Shown here in pieces: positions 14,044 through 26,745 of a stretch of 64,000 nt of DNA (position 1 is the stretch's first letter; each line of letters opens with the position of its first letter). The DNA is taken from NCBI GenBank assembly GCA_951406725.2, contig OX597831.1, positions 61,318,001-61,382,000 on the forward strand, in the 5' to 3' direction. Under the pieces are notes generated by a model that had not been told where the DNA came from, searched no databases, and saw nothing but the letters and a program-made list of their open reading frames with translations. The translations under genes and the position numbers were made by a program. The DNA is from Octopus vulgaris. Taxonomy: Eukaryota.

Positions 14044-14318
14044 TTGGCTGATACCAGCGCCGCCTTGAGTGGCTTCTGTGCCGGTGGCACATAAAAAGCA
14101 CCTACCGATCATGGCCGCTGCCAGCTTCCCCTGGCACGCAAAAAGCACCCACTACACTCATGGAGTGGTTGGCATTAGGAAGGGCATCCAGTTGTAGAAA
14201 CATTGCCAGATCAGACTGGAGCCTGGTGCAGCCTCCTGGCTTCCCAGACCCCAGTCAAACCGTCCAACCCGTGCTAGCACGGAAAACAGACATTAACTGA
14301 TGATGATGGTGATGATGA
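14044..14318 (+). mobile_element. Family B (RTE 3' UTR)
   Basis: Conserved family B sequence and (GAT)n tail. Confidence 0.85.
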
Positions 14319-14323
14319 TAATA

Positions 14324-14355
<32 letters not shown>

Positions 14356-14409
14356 CGTGTGTGTGTGTAAGAAAATTAGATGACAAAGGAATAAATGATT
14401 ATCTTATAA

Positions 14410-14511
14410 ACTTCATTAGCTTACAACTGTTTCTGCTATAAGATGCAGTGGACTCATAGTTGAGAGCCAGAGTAACACCTTATAGCTTCATCAGAGCCTC
14501 AAATATGAAGT
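14410..14511 (-). ncRNA. Type I hammerhead ribozyme with intact catalytic boxes
   Basis: Minus strand: ACTTCAT-atttga-GGCT-CTGATGA-a-GCTATAAGGTG...CATCTTATAGC-a-GAAA-CAGTTG-TA-AGCT-a-ATGAAGT. Stem I is 4+7 bp, stem II 11 bp, stem III is quasi-palindromic ACAGTTGT, cleavage triplet GUA. Confidence 0.75.
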
Positions 14512-14825
14512 GCTTCAAACATGAAGGGGCACTCTGTTCTCAACCAACTAACACTTCGTTCTGAAGTATACACATATTGAGTTCCACACCAGGTTGTTAG
14601 TCTTGCATGGCCTAAGTGAAATATATTGCTTTTTTACTGAACAATAATCCATCTACCAAATAATTGTCAGCAAAGTGATGGCAGGACAAAGACAACCTCC
14701 TCTTATTTCTTGTAAATTATAGTTATTGAAATTTACCCAAAACTTTGCTTCAGCACTTATATTGGAGATAACCCATGCCTCCTCTGATGGTGCACTTTTG
14801 CAGAGCCAAAACGTCCTTCAACAAA

Positions 14826-15130
14826 CAGTTGTTTGTTCCTTCTCGAGCCACGCCTGGCTCATAAGGGCCGGTTTCCCGGTTTCCTTGGCGTATAGGTTCC
14901 CCACCTGGACGGCACGCCAGTCCATCGCAGGTGAGCTGCATGATGCAGGAGGAAAGAGTGGGAGAAAGTTGTGGCAAAAGAGTAAGCAGAAGTTCGCCAT
15001 TACCTTCTACCGGAACCGTGTGGAGCTTAGGTGTTTCGCTCATAAACACACACATCGCCCGATCTTGGATTCGAACCCACAATCCCTTGACCACGAGTCC
15101 ACTGCTCTAACTACTAGACCATGTGCCTCT
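14826..15130 (-). mobile_element. tRNA-derived SINE family D (resembles octopus OR-type SINEs)
   Basis: A box TGGTCTAGTAG and B-box-like GATTCGAATCC region on the minus strand; homologous to 35989-36287. Confidence 0.8.
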
Positions 15131-15261
15131 ACAACAAGCAGTCAACCATCATGTCATGTATTGTTAAATCTATTTAAAGACTCAAGCAATAGTAAATTCC
15201 TATTGAAATCTTATCTACCTCACATGAATTTATTTGCAAGAGTAGAGACATCAGACTCGCT

Positions 15262-15718
15262 ACCAATGCAGATTGGTGAATGCAATTGTCTTCCCAATAG
15301 CAACATATCGATGCGAGACCTGGGCACTAAAGAAAGCTGACCAGAAGAGAATTAATGCATTCGAGCTTTGGTGTTGGAGAAGACTTTTACGGATTCCATG
15401 GACAGCAAGGCTCACCAATGGAGAAGTTCTTAAGCAGATAAGACCGAAAATGTCACTAGAAGCTAGGATCACCAAGCATAGATTGGCATATTTCGGTCAT
15501 ATTAGGCGAAGAAAATCCCTGGAGAAGGACATCATGCTCGGAATTGTCAGTGGCAAGAGAGGAAGGGGCCGACCAAGAACCCACTGGCTTGACACCATCA
15601 AGAGTGATACCAGAATGGACATAGCCAATCTGAAGGAAGCGGCCCAATATAGAACTGACTGGAGGACACTGATCCGAGTAACCGAGAGTCGACTTTGACT
15701 GAGCGGATAGATAGATAG
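15262..15718 (+). mobile_element. BovB-like RTE LINE 3' end
   Basis: VFPIATYRCETWALKKADQKRINAFELWCWRRLLRIPWTAR...YFGHI...SLEKDIMLG...RGRPRTHWLD, characteristic of the BovB/RTE C-terminus; (GATA)n tail. Confidence 0.85.
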
Positions 15719-17992
15719 AAATTTAGAGATGAGGATGAGATGAAAGAGGAGAGAAAAGGTAAGTACATCACCATGGGAGAGGTAAGCAAAAATAAATTAT
15801 TTCCAGCCTCAGTTTCTAGAATTATTATAATTTACATGAATTGTGACGATGGCATTGTACATCAAAATGTTTTTTGTGAGCTGATTGTCTGTTTATAATA
15901 CACTGTCCTTTTAAAGAATAATGCACTAATGGCTTTCTAATAATTTATTCAAAATTTCAATCACATAAGGCTTCTATATTATTCTATGATATTAGAAAAA
16001 CTTTTGCATTCATGCTTCTGTCCGGCAGTAGACTAAGAGAGAGAGAAGAGGAAAAGAGAATGACTAATTCAAATTACAATACACAAGATGAATGACATTT
16101 CAATGTTTTTATTTTTTTCCGTATGAATATGTGTTTATGACACATCTGATAAAATTCAGATATTCTGAAGGAATTAAAGGAAATTAGTTCAAGCCACATT
16201 ATAATAATTGACAAATTCAATGAATTACATCATTTTATTTGGAAAGTCAAAGAAGAAAAGGGAAAAGGAAACATAGTATATCAAATCAGTGAAAGCTTAG
16301 AAAAATTTTGCATAACAATAATTTTATATTCTTTCAATAATTCTGAGTAAGGAGGCTATCAACAAAAAGGAAACACATAATAAAAATATACCAAAATCAC
16401 TGACATTTTATCAAAAGGCATATTGGTAACCAATAAAAGAAAGCTAGTATCCTAGGCAAATATATACATCTTGTAAAATTGTAATATTGTTGTTAGTTAC
16501 AAAACAGATTAAAATTTCATAAGCAAAACCAATAAGAAAGATGAAGAGGTTTTATGATGGAACTTACCATTTCTGTCATAAGTTTTTATCAGGAAAGTTT
16601 TAGTGCATTTTCATTATTCCTAATTTTAGATGCTGACTCATGTGTAATTTCTTGATGTTTTGTTGTATATATATCATATGTTGTATATATTAGGGTTAGC
16701 ATATAAAATGTTATTTATAAAGTAAAAGTGCATACATTATATACAGGTTTCAAAATATTTAATCGAAATATACAAAGGTTAAATTAGATACCTCTATCAA
16801 AATAGAAAAAAGGGAAAGCTCATTGCCTTTCATTACTGTTCAAATGTTTCAACTAGATCTTGACTTGTGAATATTTTATTTTGAAAGAAAAATTCTAAGT
16901 GTAAGAAATGGCAATAATTTATTGAGAACATGTTCAAAGGTGAAAGGTAAGTGCATTAAAATTTCATAATTAGGTAAGATTGTGGTTGAGAGTTGTCATT
17001 GCATCAGAATTGGTCCATATCTATTATTCAGTCTTTTGCAGTTTTGATTTCAGTTTTTTGTGCATACTGTCGATTTCTTGACTGTATGATTTCACAGTTA
17101 TAGTGAACTATGTGTTTTGTGAACCAACATACAATCACTATAACCTTTTAAGAGAGTGGCGCTTGCTTTTAAAAATGTTTAGAAATTTATCTGCATCTAA
17201 CGACATTTATTTCCTATCACATGTGATGATATAGTTAAAAAAAAAAGGGTTAATTTTTGTTGCTGATTGCACTGCTGATCACATTTCTGGATGCTGTGAT
17301 TCCTGATGTTTAATCAATTCCCATGAAACCAATTTATCAAACTTCAGTTTTCCTATGACACGCAAATGCTGGGTAACAGCCATAGAAGATACTGCAAAGT
17401 CAACAAAAAGTTATCAATATATTTATTGTTTACTTTCCAGTCGTTCTTTTATCTGTTTCTCATTGATAAGAAAGTTTGGTTTCCTTCGGGGTTCTCACTG
17501 TAAGACAAAATTACTGTTCTCAAGGCAAAATTTCTGAATCCACCATTGTACCATTCAAAGGTTGTACAACACTCATCATTGCAAATCGATGTCTTATTAT
17601 ATATTTCTTTACTTGTGTAATTTCTGTTGCATCATTTTCTAATTTCTATGACTATAAAATAAAAGTTGTACTTGTCTGCCTATCACCATATCACCACGGG
17701 GCACAAAATCAATCCATACAAAACTTTGTAACTGAAGCCAAATCAAAGTAAAAGTTTGCAAAATTGCTGACTTATTAGCTGCTTTTCTCAGCATGTATAA
17801 TCAGAGAAACATAGCTTCCTAATAGTTTATATAGAAAAATTATATTTCATGTAGTTGCATATAACTAATGTATGTATGTAGGAATGTATGTATGTATTTG
17901 AGTATGTATATATATATGTATATATATATGTATATGTGTGTATATATATATGTATATATATGTATATATATATATGTATATATATATGTATA

Positions 17993-18069
<77 letters not shown>

Positions 18070-18179
18070 TGAACTCTACAGAGCTTCCTGACGCTAAAAG
18101 TCATATTTACATACCGAAACTTACTGTTAAATATTTGTTGGTTGTATAAAAACCACGGAAAAATTATTTCCCCCTTTTT

Positions 18180-18297
<118 letters not shown>

Positions 18298-18318
18298 GTA
18301 TGTATGCATATATGTATA

Positions 18319-18560
18319 TGTGGAGACACATGGCCTAGTGGTTAGAGCAGTGGACCCGTGGTCGAGGGATTGCTGGTTCAAATCTCAGACTGGGCGATGC
18401 ATGTGTTTATGACCAAACACCTAAGCTCCACTTGACTCCAGCAGAAGGTAATGGCAAACTTCTGTTAACTCTTTTGCCACAACTTTCTCTCACTCCTCCT
18501 GCGTCCCATCCAGGTGGGGAACCTATACACCAAGGAAACCATGGCCCAAGAAGAAAGAAA
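18319..18560 (+). mobile_element. SINE family D, internally deleted
   Basis: TGGCCTAGTGG and GGTTCAAATCT boxes; homologous to 35989-36287. Confidence 0.75.
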
Positions 18561-18613
18561 CATATATGTGTATATATATATATATATCTTTATTTAAAGC
18601 AGCAGAAAATTCA

Positions 18614-18665
18614 ACAAAATCTGTTACTCTGAGTTTCTCGTTGCCGTTCATCAGACAGTTTTTGC
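18614..18665 (-). ncRNA. Minimal type I hammerhead ribozyme with intact catalytic boxes
   Basis: Minus strand: GCAAAAACTGT-CTGATGA-A-CG(GCAA)CG-A-GAAA-CTCAGAG-TA-ACAGATTTTGT; stem III ACTC-A-GAGT has a 1-nt loop; GUA triplet. Confidence 0.75.
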
Positions 18666-19107
18666 TAGAATGGAACCGATATATCAATTCAATCTAGACT
18701 CTTACAAACGCTACACCTTTAAAAAATGGACTTGTTTGATTGGCCCTTTAGAAATAACGGTCAATCTTCGAGTGATAAACAAAAAAAGCTCAAAAATATA
18801 TGTATATATATATAAAAAATTATAAAAATTATAAAATTCGAGGAAAAAACCTTACATTGAATAAAATACATATTGACGTTAATGAAGAAAATATAATTAA
18901 TGCATAGAAATTAAAACTTATTATAAATATTACACTGCAATACATATTTATATTAAAGTGTACATATATATATCAACATACACAGAAGGATGTGTGCAAA
19001 CGCCATACATATACAGACGTATAAATATAAATCTAAAATATACACACAAATGCATGCATACATATATGCACGTAATCTATTTCGCACGCAATATCTTTCA
19101 CCACAAC

Positions 19108-19322
19108 TTTCCCTCACTCTTTCTTCTTGTTTCTGTTATACCTGTATTTCAAAGGGCCAGCCTTATCACACTCTGTGCCATGCTGAATCTCCCCGAGAAC
19201 TATGTTATGGGTACACATGTCTGTGGAGTGTTCAGCCACTTCCACATTAATTTCAGGAGCAGGCTGTTCTGTTGATCAGATCATCTGAAACCCTTGTCGT
19301 CGTAACTGACTGAATGCCACAA
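19108..19322 (+). mobile_element. 3' part of a SINE related to family D
   Basis: Shares CAACTTTC.CTCACTCTT with the family D body, then has a distinct tail. Confidence 0.5.
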
Positions 19323-19348
19323 TAGATATGTATATACCAGCCGCTGCA

Positions 19349-19745
19349 AGTGGAGGCACAATGGCCTAATGGTTAGGGCAGCGGTCTCCCAGTCGGAGGA
19401 TCGCGGTTTCAATTCCCAGACCGGACATTGTGTGTGTTTATTGAGCGCAAACACCTTAAGCTCCACGAGCCTCTGGCAAGGGGGTTGGGGGGTGGCGACC
19501 CCTGTTGTACTCTTTCGCTCCAACTTTCTCTCACTCTTACTTCCTGTTTCTTGTCCCCGACTTCCTACACAACCGCTGAGCCTGGATGCACATTCATCCA
19601 TCCATCGATGCTCTCGGTGTCTAGGGTTGACCTGCTTTCTCTTCTGCGGGTCTTACAAATAGCAAAGGACCATGTTTCAGACTTCTCCCATCTTGCAAGC
19701 TCTGAGACGAAGACCGTTCGCTCAACAACAGCAACAACAACAACC
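19349..19745 (+). mobile_element. Full-length ~400-bp tRNA-derived SINE (family D head, long tail, (CAA)n end)
   Basis: A box TGGCCTAATGG, B box GGTTTCAATTCC, imperfect TSD ACCAGC..CTGCA. Confidence 0.8.
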
Positions 19746-20176
19746 AGCATCTGCAGTATTTTCACACCCACTTTTCAAGGCTGGCATGGGCCAGACAGAT
19801 TTTATTTGGGCAGGCTTTCTATGGCTTGAACCAACCTTCACCTGCTTCATGGAAAGTGATATTTTCTCATACTCAAAATATGTCCTCACAGAATATTGAC
19901 TGGGAATGACACTGTTTGTGTGACATGTGTGTGTGTGTGTATGAGCAAGCAAAAGACATTCATTAAGGGCTCCAAAAGTTAAAAGACTCTTCATGCAATC
20001 CAAGTTTTGTGTCTATCACATTACAAAGAGCTGTCATGGTGAGAAAAATATAAACTGTACAACAATTGTATTGATGCATGTACATAACTTGTGCAATATA
20101 TTTATGGACTGAAGAGAAATAAGATGACTATATTTCTTCGTGTGTGAAATAACTGGTTTGAAAAAGAAAAATACAA

Positions 20177-20344
20177 GTGTAGGAGTTGCTGTGTGGTAAG
20201 TAGCTTGCTTATGAACCATATGGTTCTTGGTTTAGTCCCACTGCGTGGCACCTTGGGCAAGCGTGTTCTACTATAGCCTCGGGCCCACCAAAGCCTTGTG
20301 AGTGGATTTGGTAGATGGAAACTGAAAGAAGCCAGTCATATATA

Positions 20345-20395
<51 letters not shown>

Positions 20396-20645
20396 ATGTG
20401 TGTGTGTGTATGTATGTATGTGTGTGTGTATATGTTTGTGTGTCTCCCCAACATCGCTTGACAACTGATGTTGGTGCATTTACATCCCCATAACTTAGCG
20501 GTTCGGCAAAAGAGAACGGTAGAATAAGTGCTAGGCTTACAAAGAATAAGTCCTGGGATCTATTTGCTCGACTAAAAGCGGTGCTCCAGCATGGCCACAG
20601 TCAAATGACTGAAACAGATAAAAGAGTAAAGAGTAAAAAAAGAGT
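20177..20645 (+). mobile_element. SINE family A
   Basis: Full-length copy with an (AAAGAGT)n-like tail. Confidence 0.9.
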
Positions 20646-21461
20646 ATATGAGCTGAGGAAGTATTAAAAGTCTTTTCTCATGTTTGAAGCAGAAATAGTT
20701 TGTTAGGTACTTTGCTAAGGATATATAGCATGAACACACACTATATGCTAGGGTCAGTATATATGAAAATCTAATAGCAGAAATTAGGCTCATATTCTGA
20801 TCTATGAAGTGATTTTGCTTTATAGATGAGATTAACTTGGCCGAAAGATAAATAGTACTATTATTTATTGCAGACAAATACATGTGTCCATTGGAACAAA
20901 TGATAAAATAACGATTGTAATTTTGAAGATACAGAAATGGACGAATAATACTTTAACTTGAAGTATATCAATGGTAAATATTATCAGATGTGTCCATATA
21001 TAGTAATTACATATGTCTTTCTTCGAGAAAATAATATAACTTGTATGTGTATACTTGCTTTCATAGTATTTCTACCTGCGGCAAAAGTGAAGCTATATAT
21101 CAGTGAGTTTTGTCATGTTTAATTCCATCAAAGTACCGGTTCGCTAACAAATGCAAACTGTTAGGAAGCTAACACTTTAACTCAATATTGTTCAAATCTG
21201 ACGCTGACGTGTGCAAATGTAGAATTCTATTTTAGAATCGCAAACTCTCGGTAAATATCAGTTTTGAATCTTTTAGTGTCAATAAAATTATATATAAAAT
21301 GCTTTAAATAACATTTCTCTCAAACTTTGTTTAGACAATATCTGCACAAGTAGCTTCAAATAGTTTAAATATTTTCACTTAGAACAACTCCAATGATATA
21401 ATGATATTTTTCAGGCACTTTTGTTTCATTTGTTTGCATAATTTTAGTATTCCTTACTCAC

Positions 21462-21624
21462 CTGTTGCTCAACTTCACACCAACACCTGGGAATTGTTAA
21501 TATTGAGGCTAAATCTTGGATCTGAGAATACCTAATGATGGATTCGGTTTTCCTTCGTTGCTACCGCTAATTTCAGAGGCCCTGCAAATGCCATGAGAGT
21601 TTCCTTTCATCAGATCAAACCATG
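21462..21624 (-). other. Candidate spliced exon on the minus strand (163 nt non-coding, or 93 nt coding via an internal donor at 21531)
   Basis: Poly-T tract plus AG acceptor and CAG|GTGAGT donor; an alternative TAG|GTATTC donor gives a frame-preserving 93-nt exon. Confidence 0.45.
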
Positions 21625-22001
21625 CTAAAAAAAAAAAAAATAAAGTTTTTGTTAGTTTCTGGGCTACATTTAAAATTATCACAGAAGCTAATATCTGTTA
21701 TATACTAATATACAAATGGGTTTCCAAACCAATGAGGGAATTTTTATGTGGTGACTCATTGTATTAGAAACAGAGCTAAATGTTCCTCAAATTACACACT
21801 AACATTTATAAAAAAAATGGGCACACTGGATAATGTAGCCCTAGATATGCTATGACTGGATAAAGATACAGAACACCATAACTGAAGTATCTTCAGTTGT
21901 AGCTCCATCAAATCAGAGTTGTCTCAGGGTTAAACAACAGCAGTAATAAGAGCAGCATCAGCAAATATTTGGTCACTGAGTAGTAATATGTTCTTATAAA
22001 A

Positions 22002-22214
22002 TGGTTTCAACTTTTGGCACAAGGCCAGCAAGTTCTGGAGGAGAGGATAAGTTGATTACACCAATCCCTGTGTTCATCTAGTACTTATTTCTTTGATCCC
22101 CAAAAAGATAAAAGGCAAGATGACCTTGTAGAATTTGAACTCAGAACATCAAGACAGATGAAATGTCACTAAGCATTTTGGCTGGCATGCTAATGATTCT
22201 GCCAGCACACCATT
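22002..22214 (-). mobile_element. SINE family C, older subfamily
   Basis: Family C head with the alternative tail ...CCTTGTGCCAAAA.TTGAAACC. Confidence 0.75.
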
Positions 22215-23026
22215 CCTATAATATTAACATGGAAAAGCTTTTGTGAATTCAGCATTACCAAAGCATAGTTTTAATCCTTATATTGTTTACTTAGATAAGA
22301 AACCATAGAAAGATGAACAAACCTAAAGAGGAATTCCAACCATGATTCATGGTTTGCAACTGCAATAGTTCCTTGATAGGATCCAGGGGCTAAGGACATC
22401 ATCAGCTGGAGCCATGTCCAGTATCGGCCCTACTCCTCTACTATTCTCGACATGGTGCTCCCCCACTTCAGAGGTGTCTTCAGTGTTGAGTGTGTTTTTT
22501 TTCTGTTTTCTTTGACTGTTTTCTCTTTGGTTTCTTTGACACCGTGTCAACGAATGTCAGCGGGCGAACGACCATCCTGTCAAATTTCCCTTTAAATACT
22601 TGCTGGTAGGCTCCAGAAGCCAGTGCCACCTAACTGTCATGTTACACAATCTAAACTTCAACTGACCAATGGAGGGGAAGGGTGCGCAGTTTTAGGCCCG
22701 TGCCCTCTCTAGACCTACCTTCTAACAGAGTCGTGTTAGTTTCAGTTCCAGCAGCCAGAGCCATCTAGTGTTACAAGCCTTCTGACCATCGGAGAGGAGT
22801 GCATACAATGAATGAGATGGTTCCCTTGGCTCACCTGTCAAGCAGCAATGCTGTTTAAGTGCCAGCCAGCCTCACCTAGTGATGCTGTTTCCCAGGCAGC
22901 ATGTTATGGCTTTCGAGCCATTTCGGGTCTTCTCGCTTCATACAACACAAAAGCCAATTATTTTTATCCTCATCTGTATACCCTCATGTATGTCTGGAGA
23001 AATTAGTAATGAAATTAAATAAAATG

Positions 23027-23232
23027 ATGGTTTCAAATTTTGGCACAAGGCCAGCAAGTTCTGGAGAGGAGGATAGTCAGTTACATTGACCTCAGTACCT
23101 GTTTTAGCAACTCCAAAAGGATGAAAGGCAAAGTTGGCCTCAGCAGAATTTGAACTCAGAACGTGAAGACAAATGAAATGCTGCTGATCATTTTACCTGG
23201 CATGCTAACGAGTCTCCCAGCACACCACTTTT
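23027..23232 (-). mobile_element. SINE family C, older subfamily
   Basis: Homologous to 22002-22214. Confidence 0.75.
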
Positions 23233-24399
23233 AATGAAGCAAAATTATCAATGACATAATTTATCAAGCAGTGACCTCCACTACACACTTTTCAATACCT
23301 GGCAGTTGTATTTATTTCATTATACATAAAGGTATAAGAGGGAGGGATGTGAGAATGTGTGATGTTCATTTATTCATCAAGAGAAATTTTACAATATACA
23401 TAAAATGGAACCTGATTCAATCCAAAATCGAACATGGTTTGCAGAATTGCTTGCCTAAGTTAGCTTCTACTCACCAGTACCACCATACAACTCACCTAGA
23501 AGTTTTATGATGGAGAAATTAGTTGAACATATCTATTTATCGGTTTTATAACTTGTTTAGCTATAAATTCGATTCTAGTTATTCATCTGTAAGATATGTA
23601 ACAATTATTCTATGGTTTGATAGTACCTTCAATTAACTTGATTCTTCGGTTGGATCTACCAACACTACTTGTCTAACTATTGGACTGATTCCAAGTGACA
23701 CGTTCTTTCTTTGAATATTGATATCTCTTACGGTGAATAGTTCTACCTTAAGATCTTATTGAGAGAGAATAGTATATAATAGCATTAAAGGGGAGAAACT
23801 ATTAAAGACTTTAATTAACTAACTGAAATGATAGCCTTTGGTTAGGAAGACTGGTTAATACAGATGAGGATAAAAACAATTGGCTTTTGTGCTGTATGAA
23901 AGAGATATGAACTTAAATCAGGAAATAACAAAATCTAACAGCCGGGGTGAATAGGGATTCCATGGTAGCAGACGCAGATAGCAGAAAGAAACACAATGGT
24001 GCCATAACAACATCAGAACCTCATTATGAGACAATGATACATCTGCAGTTCTGATAGGAGAACTGATAAAAGCACATAGAAGAGAATATTTAATGGTTGG
24101 GCAAGGAAGATGATCAAGAGGAAAATATGTATAGATGTGAATGTGTGTGTATGTGTGTGTGTGTGTGGGCATGTAAGTGCATGTGTATATATATGTATGT
24201 ATTTATGGATGGATGGATGTACATGTGTATGTATGTATGCATGCATGTATGTATGTATGTATGTATGTGTATATGTATGTATGTATGTATGTACATATGT
24301 ATGTTTGTATGCACGAACCCAATGAGGAAAAGCTGTTGCTTTTAAAAGAAAAGACCACTATTGGATAGCCTGAATATATGAAAATCTATTATCTTCCTC

Positions 24400-24790
24400 A
24401 ACACCATCACCAACAGCAGCAGCAGTATCATCATCATCATCATTTCATCAACAATCATCACCATCGTCACTATCATCATCATCATCATCATCATCATCAA
24501 CATCATCATTGTCATCATCATCATCATCATCATCATCAACAACGTCATCATCATCATCATCATCATCATCATTGTCATCATCATTATCGCCATCATCATC
24601 ATTATCATCATTATCATCATGCTCAACATTATCATCATCATCATCTCCAACCTCATCATCATTTCCAACCTTATCATCATCATCATCATTATCTTCATCA
24701 CCTCCAGCTTCATCATCAGTTTCTTTTATACAGTATCCCTCCTTTCTTCTGCTACCCCACCACCACCACCACCACCACCACAACCACTTT
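24400..24790. repeat. Cryptic (CAT)n/(CAC)n microsatellite
   Basis: Direct inspection. Confidence 0.9.
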
Positions 24791-25328
24791 TTTTCTTTCT
24801 TTCTTTCTTTCTTTCCTTATGCTCATCTGCTTCCCTTATCCTTATCTTTATTGATGTTCTGAAATAAGCAGCCATGGCATACTACTTTTACACATAGATA
24901 AGAAATAAAAAAGCATGTTTCGAAATGTAAAGAAAGACATAAAGACAAGGGTCTGAAATTATTGCTGAGTAAAAGGAAAAAACACCTAGACAAAACAAGT
25001 ACGAATACAAAGGCAGTGGTTATGATTTGAGAAGAAATACATTTCTAGATATTTATCTTTTGATGTAGCCAGTAAAGAGCCTGCTGCAAAATGACTAAAA
25101 TATTACAGCAATATAATTATGAAATCAATAGTTTGCAACCTGAAATCATTCTCTAACCCTACATTTTCGATATCAGTGTTTGCTAATACCGTAACAGAAG
25201 TTCGATATTATGTTATAACCAATTATATTGCATATGTGTGTGTTGCTTGAGCGTGTGTGGTGTTGTGTAAGTGCATGCATGTGTGAATAATACATAGACA
25301 TACACACATACACATAAACAGAGATTTA

Positions 25329-25380
<52 letters not shown>

Positions 25381-26404
25381 GAAATATATAGAAAAAGAGA
25401 GACAGAGATTTATATATTTTTATATATATATACGTGTGTGTGTGTGTGTGTGTGTATAAATACATAGAAAGAGAGATTTATATATATATATATATATATG
25501 CATGTATATAGAAAGAAAGAGACAGAGAGAGATTTATATGAATATATATATATGTATCTATGTATGCATATATATATATATATTTCTACCTGTCTATCTA
25601 TACATATATGTACAATAACTATTTTACAAACATGCACACACACACACATACTCATGTGTATAAATACATATATATTATACATACATACACACATGTATAT
25701 ATATATATGTATATTAGTATGTATCTACTTACATGTGTGTGTGTGTATAATACATATGTAAACATATTTCTATGTTCATATATATATATGCATATATGTA
25801 TGTTTGTATGTATGTATGTATGTATGTATGCTTGCATACATGTATGTATGTATGTATGTATGTATATTTATATGCATGTATCAATCTATCAATATATCCA
25901 TGTGTGTGTGTTTGTGCATGTGTGCTTATGCGTTGTGTACAGTGATGAAAGTTCTGCGTGGGGTAAAAATACAAATATATGACAATTGTTTAGCTGGATA
26001 AATTGTATATACAATCTCCACATGATTGTATGTTTGTGGGTGTGTAACACTGGTAAAAAATAATACACAGTATTTCACAAAATTTAGTGCCATACCAACC
26101 ACTTTCCATCCTCAGTATTCAAAGTTCTTATCTCTCTGTGCTTCCAACGTTAATAAAATCATTAATAATAGTCAGTTGGAGTTTTTGCAATCAGCCTTAC
26201 CTTTTTTACACAGACATTATCCTTATGCTAAGTCAATGAACTTGACAGAGATTGAGCTAAGAAGGCATGTACTGTTTTGTCTTGCATGAAGAAGCAGTCA
26301 AACCTTCCTCACAGCCTCAAACTCTACTGTGCTTTCTTAAAATAAATCTCATTGTATGATGTATTCTTCTATACACAGTCTGAAGAATAAAATATATATA
26401 TATT

Positions 26405-26712
26405 TTTTACTTATTTTACTCACAAGACTGTGGCTATGCTGGGGCACCACTTTGAAGAATTTTAGTCAAAAGATTCCACACAGTGTTACTTATTCTATCA
26501 GTTGTTTTTGACAAACCACTAAGTTGTGAAGGTGTAAACACAACTTGGTAGTAAGAGACAAACACAGACACAAAGTCATGCACACATGCATACATACACA
26601 CATACACATACACACAAATATATATATTTATAAATATGTATATGTGTATATATATTTATATATATATGCATTTATACATATATATATATATATATAAATA
26701 TAAATATAAATA

Positions 26713-26745
<33 letters not shown>

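Noticed and set aside
14726-15340. 204-aa ORF
   Set aside because: It runs through an antisense SINE and into an RTE fragment out of frame; a chance ORF.
17097-17154. Hairpin GTTATAGTGA...TCACTATAAC
   Set aside because: Only 10 perfect base pairs with an irregular upper stem; insufficient to call an RNA gene.
17223-17308. Possible C/D box snoRNA (GTGATGA...CTGA)
   Set aside because: Only a 3-bp terminal stem, an internal poly-A run and no guide I can assign; expected by chance in AT-rich DNA.
19349-19425. tRNA-like sequences with A and B boxes (also at 18319, 35989, 54369 and 57041)
   Set aside because: These are SINE heads without a clean cloverleaf, continuous with or matching SINE bodies.
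24053-24074. Resemblance to miR-184 (GGAGAACTGATAA)
   Set aside because: The seed region differs and there is no complementary precursor arm.
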